This document shows positions 45,770 through 55,400 of a DNA stretch of 62,310 nucleotides, in pieces. The stretch spans positions 1 through 62,310 of IMG/VR virus record IMGVR_UViG_3300033148_005414; one strand, 5' to 3'. Below the pieces are notes generated by a model. That model saw nothing but the letters and a program-made list of their open reading frames with translations, did not search any database and was not told the DNA's origin. This DNA comes from a virus (taxonomy: Duplodnaviria; Caudoviricetes). Every line of letters starts with the position of its first letter. Position 1 is the stretch's first letter. A program made the translations under genes and the position numbers.

Positions 45770-46576
45770 TTACCACCCTAATTCGCCAGCATCGGCGTCA
45801 GAAACAGAATTACTGCCTTCCCATACAGGTTCACCAAGCTCGCTGCCTGTTGCCCCCGGGAAAAGATCGTACCCACCGGGATCTTGATCTTGGTCTGCAG
45901 CCGTAGATCCGTAATCATTAATAGCGCTGCCTATAAACTTACCGGCAAGCCCGTATCCTGCGCCAGCCTGTTTTGCATATCCAGCTTCTTCACCAAGAAA
46001 CCCCCTTTCAGTGGACGCATGTGCGGCAGTTAATGCCGCTGTTCCGGGCTGTTTTGTACGCCCAAATTCGCCAGTAGCTAACCGGCGAGAGAATAATTTA
46101 TCTTCATCTTGAATCTTTTCTTCTTCAGCTAGAGTTCTTGCTTCTACCCTTGCCCCAACCTCTGCTTTTGCACGATCTAACCCACGATCACCCATTTCTG
46201 CTTGATAGCGAGTAGAAGCTGGATTTATCCCATAGCGGCCCATTTCACGGCGCTGCATGTCTTTTGATTTGTCAAAAGCTTTTTCAACGCTAACGGTCCC
46301 TTCTGCTAGGTATTTTTGTAAATTATCTCGTGTAGTAAACTCGTCAACTGAAGAGGCTAAAGCTTGTTCATTTGGGCCAAATGTTGTCCGGTATTCATCG
46401 TATGTTTTTTGAGCTAAAGCCATTCGCTCTTCTCTTGATTGGGTTGCGCCTGCCCCAGCAGCAGCAGCCTTCTTTTTTGCCTCCGCGCCTTGATATAGGC
46501 TGATGGCGGCACCAATGGCAGCTGTCCAAAAGTGTTTTTTACTTTCGTGTTCCCAATCTGGATTTAAAAATTTCAT
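45770..46576 (-). CDS. Putative internal virion (pilot) protein
   Basis: Ala/Gly-rich N-terminus (AAIGAAISLY); RYGINPAS motif. Confidence 0.7.
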   Translation of the reverse strand: MKFLNPDWEHESKKHFWTAAIGAAISLYQGAEAKKKAAAAGAGATQSREERMALAQKTYDEYRTTFGPNEQALASSVDEFTTRDNLQKYLAEGTVSVEKAFDKSKDMQRREMGRYGINPASTRYQAEMGDRGLDRAKAEVGARVEARTLAEEEKIQDEDKLFSRRLATGEFGRTKQPGTAALTAAHASTERGFLGEEAGYAKQAGAGYGLAGKFIGSAINDYGSTAADQDQDPGGYDLFPGATGSELGEPVWEGSNSVSDADAGELGW

Positions 46577-46578
46577 AA

Positions 46579-46782
46579 TTACCTCGGTATCTGGCTCTCT
46601 GTTATCAACCCTAGATCGACTAAATCTTGATATGTAACAGCCATATCTTTCTTTGACCCAAGCCTACCCTCCCTCACTTCTATAATCTCTTTAATAGGCT
46701 TTAATATTAATTTTAATTGTATATCACTAAGCTTGTCTATGCTCGGGATACTCGGAGTTTTTCTTTTTTCAGCCACGAACAA
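46579..46782 (-). CDS. Small virion-associated protein
   Basis: IKEIIEVREGRLG...VTYQDLVDLGL. Confidence 0.65.
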   Translation of the reverse strand: MFVAEKRKTPSIPSIDKLSDIQLKLILKPIKEIIEVREGRLGSKKDMAVTYQDLVDLGLITESQIPR

Positions 46783-48562
46783 GATCCCCTATTGAACTTC
46801 CTAATAAAACCCTTTGTATGGGAAATTGTCCAAAAATAACAATTTCATAGTCAATATACCTTTTATTTGCAGGCAACCTAAAAGGTTTATCATTAGCCAC
46901 TGTGTCTTCGTATATTAACGCACCATCACCATAAACCTGAAAAATAAAATCAGCTACAACAGGGACTTGTGGTACATGGGTTAATTTGTCTCCATTGACA
47001 TCAATCTCATTTAAAAAAGAAAAATTTAAAGCGCCATAAGTTAATCCTGCTGCAATTTTAGTGGTGTTTTCTGCTATTGCCGCTTCTTGCTCAAGCAATA
47101 ACTCTGCCAGCTCCTCATCTGTCAATTGAGCGCTAAAATCTGCAATGACTTTTGCAGCAGATAGCAAAGTGCGATTTTTTAGTGAGAATTTCTTTGAGCG
47201 TGACTCAAATATATATTTCCCACCGCCAGCATTAAACTCATAAACATTATTATCGTCGGTATCAACAAAATATAACTTATCTTCTAATGGATCAGACCAT
47301 AACGAGCTCATTTTTTGAGTGAACGTCGTCAACTCTTTCGTTGTGATATCAAAACATATAGCCTTACTAACCGAAGGCATATAGCCAATATACTTATTAT
47401 CGTAGAATGAAGCGAAAGAAGCGTTTGGAATTAACAGGCTCCACTCTTTTCTGGTGTAATGATCAGCTGTTAATTCAATAAAGCCGTTATCCCCAATATA
47501 AAAAAGCCCTGTTGGAGTAGGATAAATAACCCCGCCAGCAACAGAAACAATACCCCGCTTGGATACCCCGGGCTGTTTATATGCCAGCCGGTCCATAGAC
47601 ATGGATTCTGGCGTTGTTCCTGTGATGATATAAGGGAAATATTTAGTTACTACAACCAATGAGTTACCATACGATCCTAATCCAACTACTTCATAATCAG
47701 AGATAAGGGAGTATTTTGCTGGCCAAGCATAAGGGACGAACGGCTCAGAAAAATAAATATCATTTCCATCAAAGCCAGCCATAATGCCGTTACCCATCAT
47801 TACCAATCCCTTAAGGCTGGCTGGGGGTAAAATCCACCCTTCTGTTGGGAGGATCTCACCAAGATCAGCATTTAAAATCGCATCGTTATATTGTGGAGAG
47901 GAGGCATTTGGGGTGATTTCTGTAACAAAAAGGTATTCTGCTCCCGTTGCACCAACAGCAATACGATATATGCGCCATTTATCAACAGGGACGTAATCTC
48001 CCCCGGCAAAATCTTGGGATAAGTTGGTTAAATCAACAGATCCTGTTGAAAAATCAGCTGCAACAATGTTTGAGACTGGGCTCGGAGCGCTTTCTTCCCC
48101 CCAAATATTAACAAACGTATAAACATAAGCTGTATCAGCGGGAGATGAGTGCGAACCAGATAAAGCGGCTGTAATTGGGTTGACTGGTGCCGGAACTCCT
48201 ACAATATAGGAGTCTTCCGGGTATTCTTCATTGCTTCCGGCGTCAGCTAGCGTTGAATTTGTAACCCGAGGGGCATCAGTCCCAGTGAAATAAGTGCGCT
48301 CAGTTGTGTCTCCAGAGATTGGGCCACGAACAACATCAACATCTTCCGTCCAGTGAAGCCAAAGGGATTCATCAAAATAATAAATGCTTTTGATGTCGCC
48401 AGTTTTTGCGAGGGCTTTAGTTTTTTTGGGAGAGCGCCACGGAGCCATAGCCCCGGAAGCTAAATTACAATTATCCGCTGTCTGGCCTTGATTGCTGGCA
48501 AGAAACTTAGGATCAAGTTTTGGTTTGATTCCACGGAACCCTTTTATGTCTATTACAGCCAC
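46769..48562 (-). CDS. Tail tubular/nozzle protein
   Basis: FRGIKP start, YVYTFVN.WGEESAPSP, FSEPFVPYAWP beta-propeller-like repeats; position before ejection genes. Confidence 0.75.
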   Translation of the reverse strand: MAVIDIKGFRGIKPKLDPKFLASNQGQTADNCNLASGAMAPWRSPKKTKALAKTGDIKSIYYFDESLWLHWTEDVDVVRGPISGDTTERTYFTGTDAPRVTNSTLADAGSNEEYPEDSYIVGVPAPVNPITAALSGSHSSPADTAYVYTFVNIWGEESAPSPVSNIVAADFSTGSVDLTNLSQDFAGGDYVPVDKWRIYRIAVGATGAEYLFVTEITPNASSPQYNDAILNADLGEILPTEGWILPPASLKGLVMMGNGIMAGFDGNDIYFSEPFVPYAWPAKYSLISDYEVVGLGSYGNSLVVVTKYFPYIITGTTPESMSMDRLAYKQPGVSKRGIVSVAGGVIYPTPTGLFYIGDNGFIELTADHYTRKEWSLLIPNASFASFYDNKYIGYMPSVSKAICFDITTKELTTFTQKMSSLWSDPLEDKLYFVDTDDNNVYEFNAGGGKYIFESRSKKFSLKNRTLLSAAKVIADFSAQLTDEELAELLLEQEAAIAENTTKIAAGLTYGALNFSFLNEIDVNGDKLTHVPQVPVVADFIFQVYGDGALIYEDTVANDKPFRLPANKRYIDYEIVIFGQFPIQRVLLGSSIGDLVRG

Positions 48563-49155
48563 TTTTTATCACCATCGTAAATATCAACAATAATATGAAC
48601 CCGATTATCTAAACCAAGATTTTCCGCTGCGTGAATTTTTGCATTATTTAACTCAAATACTTCCCCAGCTTCAAAATGCTGAGCGACCTCTTCAACAGCC
48701 ATTAGCGCCTTATCGTTTGTCACAATAGGGATATGGATACGCAGACATTGTAACAAAGACCCGCCCCCATCAAAATGAGGGGCAATTTTTTCTCCAGCAG
48801 GGAGGCTCGCTATGAGAATCCTTGCTGTTTTTGGATTTTTATATTCAGTATTTTCCAATACTACATTTATTAAAGGCTCGAAAATTTCTTTATGCTCATA
48901 CCAGAACTCAGAATATTCATTCAGATCATATGTATTCACAACCTTCCCAAAATAATCTTTGCCAGCCGCAACAGTCGTAAACTCAGGTTGAGTGCTATAT
49001 CCCCATTTAAGGGGAATGCAAGGGGCATCTTTATGATTAACATAACTAAGCTGACGAATTAACCCTAACTCCCACTCTTTTTGAGTGAGGCCATTAATTA
49101 ACTCGGCTGCTTTTGATACGTCAACAGTACAAATGCTTTTAAATGCCCCAATCAC
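48553..49155 (-). CDS. Aspartyl/asparaginyl beta-hydroxylase-like 2OG-Fe(II) oxygenase
   Basis: LPAGEKIAPHFD (HxD), RIHIPI, ELNNAKIHAAEN, RVHIIVD. Confidence 0.85.
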   Translation of the reverse strand: MIGAFKSICTVDVSKAAELINGLTQKEWELGLIRQLSYVNHKDAPCIPLKWGYSTQPEFTTVAAGKDYFGKVVNTYDLNEYSEFWYEHKEIFEPLINVVLENTEYKNPKTARILIASLPAGEKIAPHFDGGGSLLQCLRIHIPIVTNDKALMAVEEVAQHFEAGEVFELNNAKIHAAENLGLDNRVHIIVDIYDGDKKWL

Positions 49156-49157
49156 AA

Positions 49158-49514
49158 TTACACCTTCGTTGCAGTTGGAAGCAACTCATCAACCAAAGCT
49201 TCTCGGCCAATTAATACTAAGGCAGCATTTCTTGCGAAAATCCAACCCCAAATCAGCGTGTCTAGCTCATCGCTGAACGCTTTACCTTGAGTTACAGTGC
49301 TTGACATTGCCGTTAAATCGGAGCCATGAACTACTAAAGTGAGGCCGCTAATTTTGAGCGTTGATTTGTTAATTCTGGTTAATGTAATATGAATCTCCTG
49401 ACCATCCATTAAGGTGATCTGAGAGTCTTGTATCCGGTAATCCCCCGCCGCAAGTATTACTATTGAATTGATATCAACAATATCCGCAGGTACATTATAA
49501 TCATATGCTGCCAT
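49158..49514 (-). CDS. Hypothetical tail-region protein
   Basis: AGGAG RBS; follows the tail fibre. Confidence 0.65.
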   Translation of the reverse strand: MAAYDYNVPADIVDINSIVILAAGDYRIQDSQITLMDGQEIHITLTRINKSTLKISGLTLVVHGSDLTAMSSTVTQGKAFSDELDTLIWGWIFARNAALVLIGREALVDELLPTATKV

Positions 49515-49543
49515 TTTAATTCTCCTAGTTGTTTTTCAATATA

Positions 49544-50608
49544 CTATTCTTTCATTATAAAGGTTAAAGCATAATAAGGTGGGACATAAGCTTTAACATT
49601 CGACAAAGTGTGGTCTGAATGTCCCCCGATACTGTTAGTATGGTACGAATTATTGGTTGTTGAAGCGGTATCATTTATGGTTGATGTAAGCGGGTGTGAG
49701 TGTGCTCCAGCATTAGAAAGACTCCCCATTGTCCAAGTGGATGAATTGCTTCCTCCAAAATTGCCGTGTTGAACAGTGCTGCCGATCCGAATAAAATAAT
49801 TTCTTAAGTCTGGGGCACCGTTAGTACCATCGCACAACTTCCAGCCAGATGGGGCAGTAGCTCCCTCCCACATAGCGATCATATTTTTCTGATGTGGGCA
49901 CCCAGCTGTTGCATGGAACCACAAGGATAAATAAAAATATTTTGTGTCTAAGGTTGTAGTGAAGTTACCAGTATGTGTGTGACCGCCATCAGTCCCTAGC
50001 GTTTCTGTGACACCGCTATTATAGTCATCTCCATCCCTAAGATTGGACCCGTGAGTATGGGAGCCATTTGAGCTTGACGTAAAGCCGGATGATGTTGGCG
50101 TATTGTCTCCGGCCTCAGTCCCATCAACTGTCCCTGCCTTCATAAAGCGATTAACACTGCTATGCGTATTCACCAATGGTAGTTTCAGGCTTTGTGAGCC
50201 AAAAGCACCAATATTTGGAGGGAGGGCATCAACATCAACATCAGATTTTACTAAAACGTATGTCCGGCTTAAATCCTCAACTGTTGCTGAGTCAGAAACA
50301 GTATGATTATGGGCCCCGGCAGAACTATAGGTTTGCCAGCCAAAAGTTCCGGTATCCCCCGGCCGATATACTGAACCTGTGCCAGTATGAGCATTTGTTG
50401 TGGTAACTGTCCCGGATAACGAAATAGAGCCACTTCCACCTGTCGTTCCCACGCCATAACTATCGCCAGCTCCAGCAATAAATTTGCCATCTGCTGCGGT
50501 AAAAGAGCTCCACTTATCAGGGACGGCTCCGCTTAACATAGGCAAAATAATTCCTGCCGGAAACTTTGATTTCGCAAAAGAGGGGGGGACCCAATTAAAT
50601 AAAGGCAT
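49544..50608 (-). CDS. Tail fibre protein with collar-like domains and HxH motifs
   Basis: PSGWKLCDGTNGAPDLRNYF, PPYYALTFIMK; HNH/HTH/HTH/HSH tripeptides. Confidence 0.8.
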   Translation of the reverse strand: MPLFNWVPPSFAKSKFPAGIILPMLSGAVPDKWSSFTAADGKFIAGAGDSYGVGTTGGSGSISLSGTVTTTNAHTGTGSVYRPGDTGTFGWQTYSSAGAHNHTVSDSATVEDLSRTYVLVKSDVDVDALPPNIGAFGSQSLKLPLVNTHSSVNRFMKAGTVDGTEAGDNTPTSSGFTSSSNGSHTHGSNLRDGDDYNSGVTETLGTDGGHTHTGNFTTTLDTKYFYLSLWFHATAGCPHQKNMIAMWEGATAPSGWKLCDGTNGAPDLRNYFIRIGSTVQHGNFGGSNSSTWTMGSLSNAGAHSHPLTSTINDTASTTNNSYHTNSIGGHSDHTLSNVKAYVPPYYALTFIMKE

Positions 50609-50613
50609 TATTT

Positions 50614-51273
50614 TTATCCAAAGTTATTTTGAATAGAGCAGAACATGCTTGAGCCATCGCTAATACAAGACATAATATCGATGTCGTTTGCGCCGCTGCT
50701 GATTGGCGGGGTATACCCCTCTGGGAATTTATAAACTGAATCAAAAGTCACTCCCCAGCCACCAGTCCCATCCTGAATTATTCGCAGGATATAAGTGCCA
50801 CCATCCTTCATATTTGTTGGGGGCCCTAATGTCCGTGAAGCCGCAAGAGTGACTTTAGCAACTTGGTTTTCATTAAGATCCCAAGCAATTGTTGCTTGAT
50901 CTGTCAAAGCAGTAGCATTAAAATTATGAGCGTTTTCATACTCTTGAGGAGTATTTAGCTGAGAAAAATTCTCCATAGTCTCTTTAGTATTGCGAAGTTC
51001 AGCTGCGTCCCCGCCAGCGAAAGCAATCCCTGTTGTGCCTTCTTGGGCTCGCACGATAGTTAATGTGTCTGTTGCGCGATTTGTGCATTTACATATCTCA
51101 AGATTCCCAGATGCGTCAACAAATGTGATTAAGAAAAATTCATTTGTTCCGGGGGAGGGAAATAGAATGCCATCCCCTGAATTTAAAAAGGCTGTTGTTG
51201 CGACATTAGTGATCCCTGACGCCAGTGTTGTGGTTGCGTTATTTGTAAAAAGTCGCTTTTGTTGTACGGCCAT
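50614..51273 (-). CDS. Tail-associated structural protein
   Basis: FTNNATTTLASGI, LTIVRAQEGT, IIQDGTGG motifs. Confidence 0.75.
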   Translation of the reverse strand: MAVQQKRLFTNNATTTLASGITNVATTAFLNSGDGILFPSPGTNEFFLITFVDASGNLEICKCTNRATDTLTIVRAQEGTTGIAFAGGDAAELRNTKETMENFSQLNTPQEYENAHNFNATALTDQATIAWDLNENQVAKVTLAASRTLGPPTNMKDGGTYILRIIQDGTGGWGVTFDSVYKFPEGYTPPISSGANDIDIMSCISDGSSMFCSIQNNFG

Positions 51274-51280
51274 AAATCAC

Positions 51281-51730
51281 CTATATAATGTTGATTGTCC
51301 AACTAACTGTTAATGTGTCGCCAGCATCTTTGGTTTGGGCTCCAAAAGTTACTCGGGATAATAGGGTTCCAACCGAAGCTGCATTTAAAATACCTGCTTC
51401 ACGTAAAACGCCTGTTCCTGTTCCGGGACCGAATGTTGCTGTATATAAAACTGAAGCTGCAGCATTTACGGTATCAGACAATGCGACTCGAGCATTTTCT
51501 GTTTCGAGGGCCGTATTCCCAATTACTTCACCTGTTGATCCTGTTCCTATTGCCATATGAGACATTGCAGCTGGATCAACAGAATCATCCATTTTCCCGG
51601 CAATCCACTCTTTACCGGTTGTCACAACAATGTTTTTCTCAGCCCACTCGGCTTTAAATTTCATATTTTCATCGTAAAGACGGAAAACAGGAAAGCCTTT
51701 TGCTTTTACGTTATCTATAAAATTACTCAT
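51281..51730 (-). CDS. Virion structural protein
   Basis: NIVVTTG, SHMAIGTG, EAGILNA, K..GDTLTVSWTI. Confidence 0.75.
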   Translation of the reverse strand: MSNFIDNVKAKGFPVFRLYDENMKFKAEWAEKNIVVTTGKEWIAGKMDDSVDPAAMSHMAIGTGSTGEVIGNTALETENARVALSDTVNAAASVLYTATFGPGTGTGVLREAGILNAASVGTLLSRVTFGAQTKDAGDTLTVSWTINII

Positions 51731-52308
51731 GCTGAAAATACCCTTCCTTTATTTGCCGCTATAGGGGTCGTCGCTAAACCAGCCCCGTTTAAAGCACCGG
51801 TCCCCCCTTGATCCATAAAAAAGAGAACGCTGTCTGTTTGTTCTACATCATCTGAAACTGCTTTGTTCATGTTAAAAGTCGAGCTATCTGATTGCGTTAC
51901 ATTATCAGAGAACGGTTTTTCCATACTAAAAATAACGCTTTCATCAACTGGGGCGTTATCACTAAAGGGTTTTGACACCTCAAAAGCGATTGAATCAATA
52001 GCTGGGGCATCGTCAAACAACCCTTTATTCATCTGAAAAATTACTTGATCAGACAAGGCTACATCATCACTTAAGCTTATTCGGTCAACCACAAGTGAAT
52101 AAACGTCTGCTACTACAATCTCAACCTTATTAACCTCGGCCCGATATCTTGGTGTATCGCTAATCGATTTCCACCCTTGGGCGTCCTGAAGATCAATGAT
52201 TGCCGCTGCCTGCCTATAATTAGTTTCTGCGACCAAAACTCCTTGAGCATCATCAATAGGGTCAACAATCGCTTCAAGCCGGATATAGTTGACTGTCACT
52301 CCAATCAT
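51727..52308 (-). CDS. Virion protein with ~19-aa internal repeats
   Basis: Repeated F-x3-K-x2-SD units (FEVSKPFSD, FSMEKPFSD, FNMNKAVSD). Confidence 0.7.
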   Translation of the reverse strand: MIGVTVNYIRLEAIVDPIDDAQGVLVAETNYRQAAAIIDLQDAQGWKSISDTPRYRAEVNKVEIVVADVYSLVVDRISLSDDVALSDQVIFQMNKGLFDDAPAIDSIAFEVSKPFSDNAPVDESVIFSMEKPFSDNVTQSDSSTFNMNKAVSDDVEQTDSVLFFMDQGGTGALNGAGLATTPIAANKGRVFSA

Positions 52309-52664
52309 TAGAAGTCAGCCCGTACCTTTAGTTTTAATGTGTCATATACAGTTTGAATATCAGCATCAAAGGTTATTTCAATTTCACCTTCGTAACTGCC
52401 AGCGCCGTTATCCACTAAAAAAGTTCCGAAAGGCATTAATACTTTGCCGGTGCTACCGCCATCAACTTTCGTGCAGGCAATAGTCGCTAAAACAGTTGTT
52501 CCATTACGAGCGCGCCACTTAACATTTACCGACGTTGTTCCTGCAGATAAATCTATTGCATCCCAGCTATCTGGATCAGACAAATCCCCTGTTTTAGAGT
52601 CTTTTAACGTGATAGACAGATCGGGGAGGGTGTCATTTTCTACAACTTGAATTGTATCGCTCAT
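52308..52664 (-). CDS. BppU-like baseplate/tail adaptor domain protein
   Basis: NDTLP...AIDL...G.YEGEIEIT.....QT...L.VR.DF. Confidence 0.65.
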   Translation of the reverse strand: MSDTIQVVENDTLPDLSITLKDSKTGDLSDPDSWDAIDLSAGTTSVNVKWRARNGTTVLATIACTKVDGGSTGKVLMPFGTFLVDNGAGSYEGEIEITFDADIQTVYDTLKLKVRADF

Positions 52665-53317
52665 GCAAACGGCCTCATTTGTACTTTTGTATTTTGACGA
52701 GAATGACCTTTATTTGCCCGTATTGTCGCGTCCTTCACCCCGAGATCAAAATCTGCCTGCTCATCAGTAGCCTCCGATGGAGCGTACCAGTCACGGCCTT
52801 TCATCCCCATAAGGCGAGCTTTTGCACCATGAGCAATTGTTTCTGCCCACTGCTCGAAAATCCAATCAGGTACTCCGGCCGCGTCACGAGAGGGCTTCAT
52901 AATCAAACCAACTACCAGACTGTTTGTAATATCAACTTCTGGGATAGGGTATAGCCGACAATTTTCGGTATTCAACATCATAATCGATTCCGGCTTTGTC
53001 GCCGTTAAGGTGCGCCATACTTTTGTGCTAATTTTCATAGCATCTTCTGTTGTGACAGTGAGGTTGGTTTCCCCTGAATCTTCAGTAATGTACGCATAAT
53101 CAATAGACGAAATTGTTTCATCTGTATTGAGTTCCGTACAAAGTTCATATGTGTGGATATTTGCGGTGATATTAATGCGATCAAGCTCCTGACGCCAAAG
53201 TGTTGCACGCTGACAGAGCTCAATTGCTGCATTTTTAATGTAGTTTTTTGCTATAGGAATAGGGCAGTTTTCCACATAAGGTAATACTTCGCTTAAAAAA
53301 TCATCCCAATATTTCAT
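52661..53317 (-). CDS. Head-tail adaptor protein
   Basis: EVLPYVENCP...AAIELC; LYPIP; IAHGAKARL; position after capsid. Confidence 0.7.
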   Translation of the reverse strand: MKYWDDFLSEVLPYVENCPIPIAKNYIKNAAIELCQRATLWRQELDRINITANIHTYELCTELNTDETISSIDYAYITEDSGETNLTVTTEDAMKISTKVWRTLTATKPESIMMLNTENCRLYPIPEVDITNSLVVGLIMKPSRDAAGVPDWIFEQWAETIAHGAKARLMGMKGRDWYAPSEATDEQADFDLGVKDATIRANKGHSRQNTKVQMRPFA

Positions 53318-53985
53318 GGTTTATCTCCCTTGACTTCACGGCTTGGTGAATAGTTGACATCGACTTTAACTTTAATGCCAAGTAGGTCATGGAATGCTTG
53401 GAAATGGAATCTTGACTCTCTTACAGAGTGAGGGGAGTCTGTTTCTTTATCATAAGCCCTATGCAGCATCCAATGCCGAACCGCAGGCTCATAAACATCA
53501 TTAATAGGGAGGTTTTCAGTCTCAGCATCAGTAAGGACAGTGGGGTTTTGTGCCACTTTAATCTCTATGTGGACTTGAGTGGTTGCATGCACTGGTGGGG
53601 TAACAAAGAACGTGTCTGGCGTTTCCTCATCATACATAAAATGATCGATTGAGGTTTTTGCGGTATCTTTATGCCAGCTTGGGTTATAAAGATCCATTGA
53701 CCGCATATCAGTCGAAGTGATTGTTTTGCCGGGAGTAACGCCGTCATCCCCCATGTTGCGAACAACATTAAGGAGCCGACGATCACCTGTTACTAAAGCT
53801 TGCTTTGTCCCAGCGACTAACTGAACGGTTTTTACGACAGAACTGGCATCTGGACGAACCAGAGAAATCCTGCGAGTTGCAGAATTTAGATAACTTAATA
53901 ATTCAGGTACTGTCCAAGTGACAAATGTTTCATCACTTAATTCAGCAGCAATATCATTAATTAGATCCTGAGCCAGTATTGTCAT
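53314..53985 (-). CDS. Head-tail connector / tail tubular A-like protein
   Basis: WTVPELLSYLN...RPDA, LVAGTKQ, LHRAYDKE. Confidence 0.7.
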   Translation of the reverse strand: MTILAQDLINDIAAELSDETFVTWTVPELLSYLNSATRRISLVRPDASSVVKTVQLVAGTKQALVTGDRRLLNVVRNMGDDGVTPGKTITSTDMRSMDLYNPSWHKDTAKTSIDHFMYDEETPDTFFVTPPVHATTQVHIEIKVAQNPTVLTDAETENLPINDVYEPAVRHWMLHRAYDKETDSPHSVRESRFHFQAFHDLLGIKVKVDVNYSPSREVKGDKP

Positions 53986-54370
53986 TATCTTTACCGCTTG
54001 TTGCTAATAAAAATTCATACTCAACACGAAGGTCTTTGACATCTTTGGTATCGATATCCTGCAGCTCCACGTTGAAGTTTTCTTTCGCTTTTTTAGCGAT
54101 TTGCTTTTTTGTCGCCTTACTAAAATCAAAAACATTATCATTAGACGGAGTATCATTTTGATCAGCGGTTTTTTTAGGGCTTTTAATCGCTTCAGCAATC
54201 ATCGCATTTAACTGATCAACCGTTTCTGGTACTGGGTCTTCAAAGCCCTGAATATCAACTGCCGACATATCGGCAAGTTTGGCTAAATTTGGATTATTTA
54301 AAAAAATACGGCCATTTGGCGCTTTCACATACTTAGATTGAATACCTACATTTTTTTCACGTAATGACAT
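53957..54370 (-). CDS. Hypothetical virion-region protein
   Basis: GAGG RBS; directly after capsid. Confidence 0.7.
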   Translation of the reverse strand: MSLREKNVGIQSKYVKAPNGRIFLNNPNLAKLADMSAVDIQGFEDPVPETVDQLNAMIAEAIKSPKKTADQNDTPSNDNVFDFSKATKKQIAKKAKENFNVELQDIDTKDVKDLRVEYEFLLATSGKDNDNTGSGSN

Positions 54371-54388
54371 GATTTCTTCCTCTCTTAG

Positions 54389-54417
54389 TTAAAAAGAGCC
54401 CTCACAACAGGGCTCTT
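54389..54417 (-). terminator. Intrinsic terminator after the capsid gene
   Basis: AGAGCCCT-GTTGTG-AGGGCTCT followed by TTTT. Confidence 0.8.
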
Positions 54418-54434
54418 TATCTTGCTTTTAACTA

Positions 54435-55373
54435 CTACTTAGCAGCGTAAAGGTGCGTTAAGTATTTACCTTCTACAACCTTACGACCATAGATGTTTAA
54501 GCCGCGTACTAACTGGCCGAAGCTGTTAGGGTTTGGCAATGTTTCCATCTTAGTCATCTGAGCCGCGAAAGTTAAACCAACTTTGTGGCCAGCGATGATA
54601 TTAGTCACGTTGGTAGAACCATCGAGAGTAACATCAAGGTTGTTGCTCATGTAAATCATGAAGCGGTCAATTAAGCCCACCCGACCATTACGCATAATTG
54701 ACTGGCTATCACCAGCTAAAGAAGCGTCTTTAAGATCAGACTTCTTGATCATTCCACAAGCCCAAGCTGGCAATACAATCCAGCGACCAGTTTCTGGTAC
54801 ATTCTGCTCATCTAAAACAGAACCTAAATCCACCAAATAATCTAGGATATTAGCCTTGTTTAAAGTAACCCAAGAGCCAGTAGCACCTAAGTTGTATGAG
54901 CTAGATTTTACACCAGCAGTAGCGCCTGCATTATCTGCAGAAACACCGGTTGGGACATAAGCTAAGATTTCGGTATCAACCGCAATCTTCATTTGCTCGC
55001 CACCATCACCAGCCCAGTCGTCCATGATGTCGATATCGGCTTGGTACTCATCAACGTCGTCCACTTGGAACGCGAAGTATTTGCCTTTGTCAATCTGCAA
55101 TTCAACCGATGGGTTGGTTGGATTTTCGTAGTTCAATGAACCACCAATCTCATAATCACGGATTGTTAAGGTTGGCGTAGTACGAATTTGTACTGTGTCA
55201 CCTTGGTTTTTAATTTCGCCTTCATAATCGGTGTTAGCGATTTCGCCAAAGACGGTTGCGTCGTAGAATTTCTCTACTAATTTTCCAGACCAAATCTGGG
55301 GGATAAACTTACCGGAGCTTGTTGAGCTTAGGTCAGTATAACCTGATGCGCGAGTAGGACCATTCATTGTCAT
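54435..55373 (-). CDS. Major capsid protein
   Basis: FIPQIWSGKL, NTDYEGEIK.QGDTV.I, LDEQNVPETGRW, RGLNIYG; follows scaffold and is followed by a terminator. Confidence 0.9.
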   Translation of the reverse strand: MTMNGPTRASGYTDLSSTSSGKFIPQIWSGKLVEKFYDATVFGEIANTDYEGEIKNQGDTVQIRTTPTLTIRDYEIGGSLNYENPTNPSVELQIDKGKYFAFQVDDVDEYQADIDIMDDWAGDGGEQMKIAVDTEILAYVPTGVSADNAGATAGVKSSSYNLGATGSWVTLNKANILDYLVDLGSVLDEQNVPETGRWIVLPAWACGMIKKSDLKDASLAGDSQSIMRNGRVGLIDRFMIYMSNNLDVTLDGSTNVTNIIAGHKVGLTFAAQMTKMETLPNPNSFGQLVRGLNIYGRKVVEGKYLTHLYAAK

Positions 55374-55400
55374 ATTCCTTGTAGGCTATGACATCCCTTT

